Source: Octopus bimaculoides (lineage: Eukaryota). From it: a DNA stretch of 37,337 nucleotides. Numbering within the stretch: position 1 is the stretch's first letter; the number at the start of each line of letters is the position of its first letter. The position numbers were made by a program, and so were the translations under genes. The stretch is taken from contig NC_068984.1 in the NCBI RefSeq assembly GCF_001194135.2, positions 40,733,247-40,770,583 of the forward strand, given 5' to 3'. Shown in pieces: positions 35,089-37,337 of the stretch. A model generated the notes under the pieces. It saw only the letters and a program-made list of their open reading frames with translations, did no database searches and had not been told where the DNA came from.

Positions 35089-35772
35089 CATGACAGAGAA
35101 AGTTCAGCAAAGAATCTGCATCAATTTTTTCTAAAAGCTTGGAGATACCTGCTCAGAGGCCTACGAAAAGTTTTCAAAGAATTTTCATCCTTCTCGATAC
35201 AGTCAAGGAGATCTTGTGCAACTGAAACCTGAGTGTCTTTTTGGTCAGATGAAAGCAGTTTTGGCATAAACTTGGCAAACACGCGTCTCATACTCAAATC
35301 TTCAGTGATAATGGACTGAACTGAACCGTAATAAATCTGAACATCTTCTGATAACTCACAGATGGTGATTCAACGATTTCCCCACACAGCTACATGCACA
35401 TCTGCGATGTTTTTCTCAGTTCTGCTGGTTGCGGGACTCCCAGAACGTTCGCCAATATCGACATTTTTCGGCCATCTTGGAAATGTTTGAACCACTCATA
35501 CACTTGTGTGCGGCTTATACATTCCTCTCCATACATCTTCTACAACTTTGCGTAGGCCTCTGAGCAGGTATCGCCGTGACAACTTTCTCTGTCATAGTCA
35601 ATGTGACAATCACATGCTACACACCTTCCTTCCAAGCACTGTTGTAAACTGCGAAAGTGAGCTTGAACATTAAAACTTAGTACACGTGCACAGCAGAGTT
35701 CAAGGTCAATCTTTGCCAAGCGGCGTGACTCTGCGTGCTTTAGCTCCGTTACTATGGCAACAGTCCGGATAC
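35089..35772 (-). mobile_element. Second mariner family: 5' half on the minus strand (35595-35170) fused to an inverted 5' fragment on the plus strand (35089-35172)
   Basis: Minus strand reads MTEKV..GDTCSEAYAKL*KMYGEECISRTQVYEWFKHFQDGR / ERSGSPATSRTEKNI / SMRRVFAKFMPKLLSSDQK..ENSLKT (mariner HTH region). Plus strand reads MTEKVQQRICINFF. A 22-bp perfect inverted repeat lies at 35144-35165 / 35551-35572. Confidence 0.85.
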
Positions 35773-35876
35773 ACACACACGCACACACACACACACATAT
35801 ACGTTTACATAACAACTTGCTAACAACTCTACCTGTGTGTATATATAAACTGTGGGTATTAGAGTATGACAACCTC

Positions 35877-36830
35877 CTACGTATGTTTCTTATTTAATAC
35901 TGGAAATGTTTCATTTATGAAGACGTACACCTGTATTTGTCTAAGTGTTGGATCCTTCGGGTGCTCAGATAAAATGTGTATGTCAAGTTCACCCAGTGTG
36001 TTTCCATGTTGGTCTTTGGTATGTTGGTAGAGTATGGAAGATTGTTTTTTGTCGTCATATTCTCTCCAATGTCCATTTAGTCTCTCCGCAATGCTTCTAG
36101 ATGTCTCATCTATGTATATTATATTCTTGTCTTCAGAAGCACCCTCTATGTATCATATGCTGCGGACTACATTTCTAGTTATACAGTTGATGCTGAGGTT
36201 AATCTTACATACCATGCAGTTGTCATTGGTTCATGTGGTATTCTCAAATGGGTATGTCCTACATAGTTGTGATTTGATAGAGCTCCCTGTCTTTTCAACG
36301 ATCTTAATGTTGAGTTTAGCCACCTTCAGAGCTTTCCTAAATTTTCGAGCTAGTTCTCCATGTGCTGTGACCTCTACAAACATCACTCCTTGATATTTGT
36401 CGATTTTGTACCAAGTGTTTACCCTGTCAGCTTTGTTACAAACTCTTTGTGTCCTTTTCCAGTCTTTATTTCTATATCTAGGGCGGTACCACTGGTTTCA
36501 TTACGTATTATGTTATCTAACTTCTTTCTAGCTCCCCTGTATATCCCAACCCTGTCCTTCTGATCATATCCAGAGAACTTTATGCGGTGCATGAAGTTCT
36601 GTAAATGTTTTTTTGTTTCATATAGTTTTCATAGTGGGGACACGTTGTTCATTATCCTAAGTCTGCTAGCAGTATGTTGATTTTCATGCTGTGTGACAAA
36701 GCTGAGTTCGTATGAACAATATATTTAGAAGCTATGGGTTTCATGTAATAGGAGTGGAGGAGCTGCACTCTGTTGTTCATTGTCTCTAACTAAAGTTCAG
36801 TATCAAGGACAGGGAGCCTATTGTTATATG
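35877..36830 (-). pseudogene. Penelope-like element fragment (RT thumb plus GIY-YIG endonuclease), Neptune-like
   Basis: Manual translation with stops and frameshifts: LPVLD..YYMKPIASK..SALSHSMKINIL..FSGYD..VMFVEVTAHGELA..IKIVEKTGSSIKSQL..CMVC..NC..RNVV..YIDETSRS..ERLNGH..S.LYQH..H..LRQI..LNKK. The clade is assigned from remembered motif patterns only. Confidence 0.8.
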
Positions 36831-37009
36831 ACAAACTCTAGTAACTGTAATTTAGTAAACGAGAGGAGCACAAAGGAGAGCATCCAGCACGTAGCTAACT
36901 CCATCCACCAACGTATCAAGAACTTAATGAAATATGCTTCAACACACGAATTCACATAAAGAATCTTTCAAACCAAATGCTAAAGAAAAGCGAAATATAT
37001 ATATATATA

Positions 37010-37035
37010 TCTATATATATAAAAATGAGAATGTG

Positions 37036-37078
<43 letters not shown>

Positions 37079-37337
37079 GTGAATCCCTAAAACTCGAGAA
37101 CTACACAACCAATTTCATTCAAATTTTACAGATGCCTTACTTAGGGTTCCAGTTGTGTTTTAGTCAAAAAACATTTTAACTTCTTGCAGAGTTCGAGCCC
37201 ACAGCAACATAATATCTCCTCCACTATTTAAGTATTACGTGTCAAAAGTGAAACAAAAACACTCATGTCAAATACTTTCACTTTAAAAATGAAACTATTC
37301 TACTAACTGAAACAATCACATTTCGATACTGTAATGA
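37010..37337 (+). mobile_element. Helitron-like non-autonomous element, 5' end (runs off the window)
   Basis: A|TCTATATATATAAAAATGAGAATG followed by (GTCT)n and ACCAATTTCATTCAAATTTT. The TC start after A plus a 5' tetranucleotide microsatellite resembles non-autonomous Helitron 5' ends. The 3' hairpin and CTRR end are not visible. Confidence 0.55.

Overview
AT-rich, microsatellite-dense animal genomic DNA with nine N-gaps. It is most likely from an Octopus-type cephalopod; this is an inference from the tRNA-derived SINE families and repeat density. No host protein-coding gene, rRNA, intact tRNA or CRISPR array is recognisable, and almost all listed ORFs are microsatellite or N-gap artefacts. 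The window is a transposable-element graveyard. It contains Penelope-like element (PLE) fragments (about 446-912 and 35877-36830), 3' ends of RLE-endonuclease non-LTR retrotransposons (R4/Dong-like at 1196-1675; two adjacent copies of a second family at 14123-15150), a full-length decayed mariner with 31-bp TIRs (28430-29662), a fold-back mariner (35089-35772), a Helitron-like 5' end (37010 onward) and three SINE families. The most interesting signals are: (i) several hammerhead-ribozyme (HHR)-like motifs in PLE-type repeats, including a near-intact minimal type I HHR with a non-canonical U6 core in a ~175-bp retrozyme-like unit (13396-13432); (ii) two long near-perfect hairpins in unique DNA (5894-5953, 26206-26254), candidate pre-miRNAs or ADAR substrates; (iii) apparent partitioning of retroelement families among microsatellite types. 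All calls were made by eye. Repeat boundaries are approximate unless TIR or stem coordinates are given.
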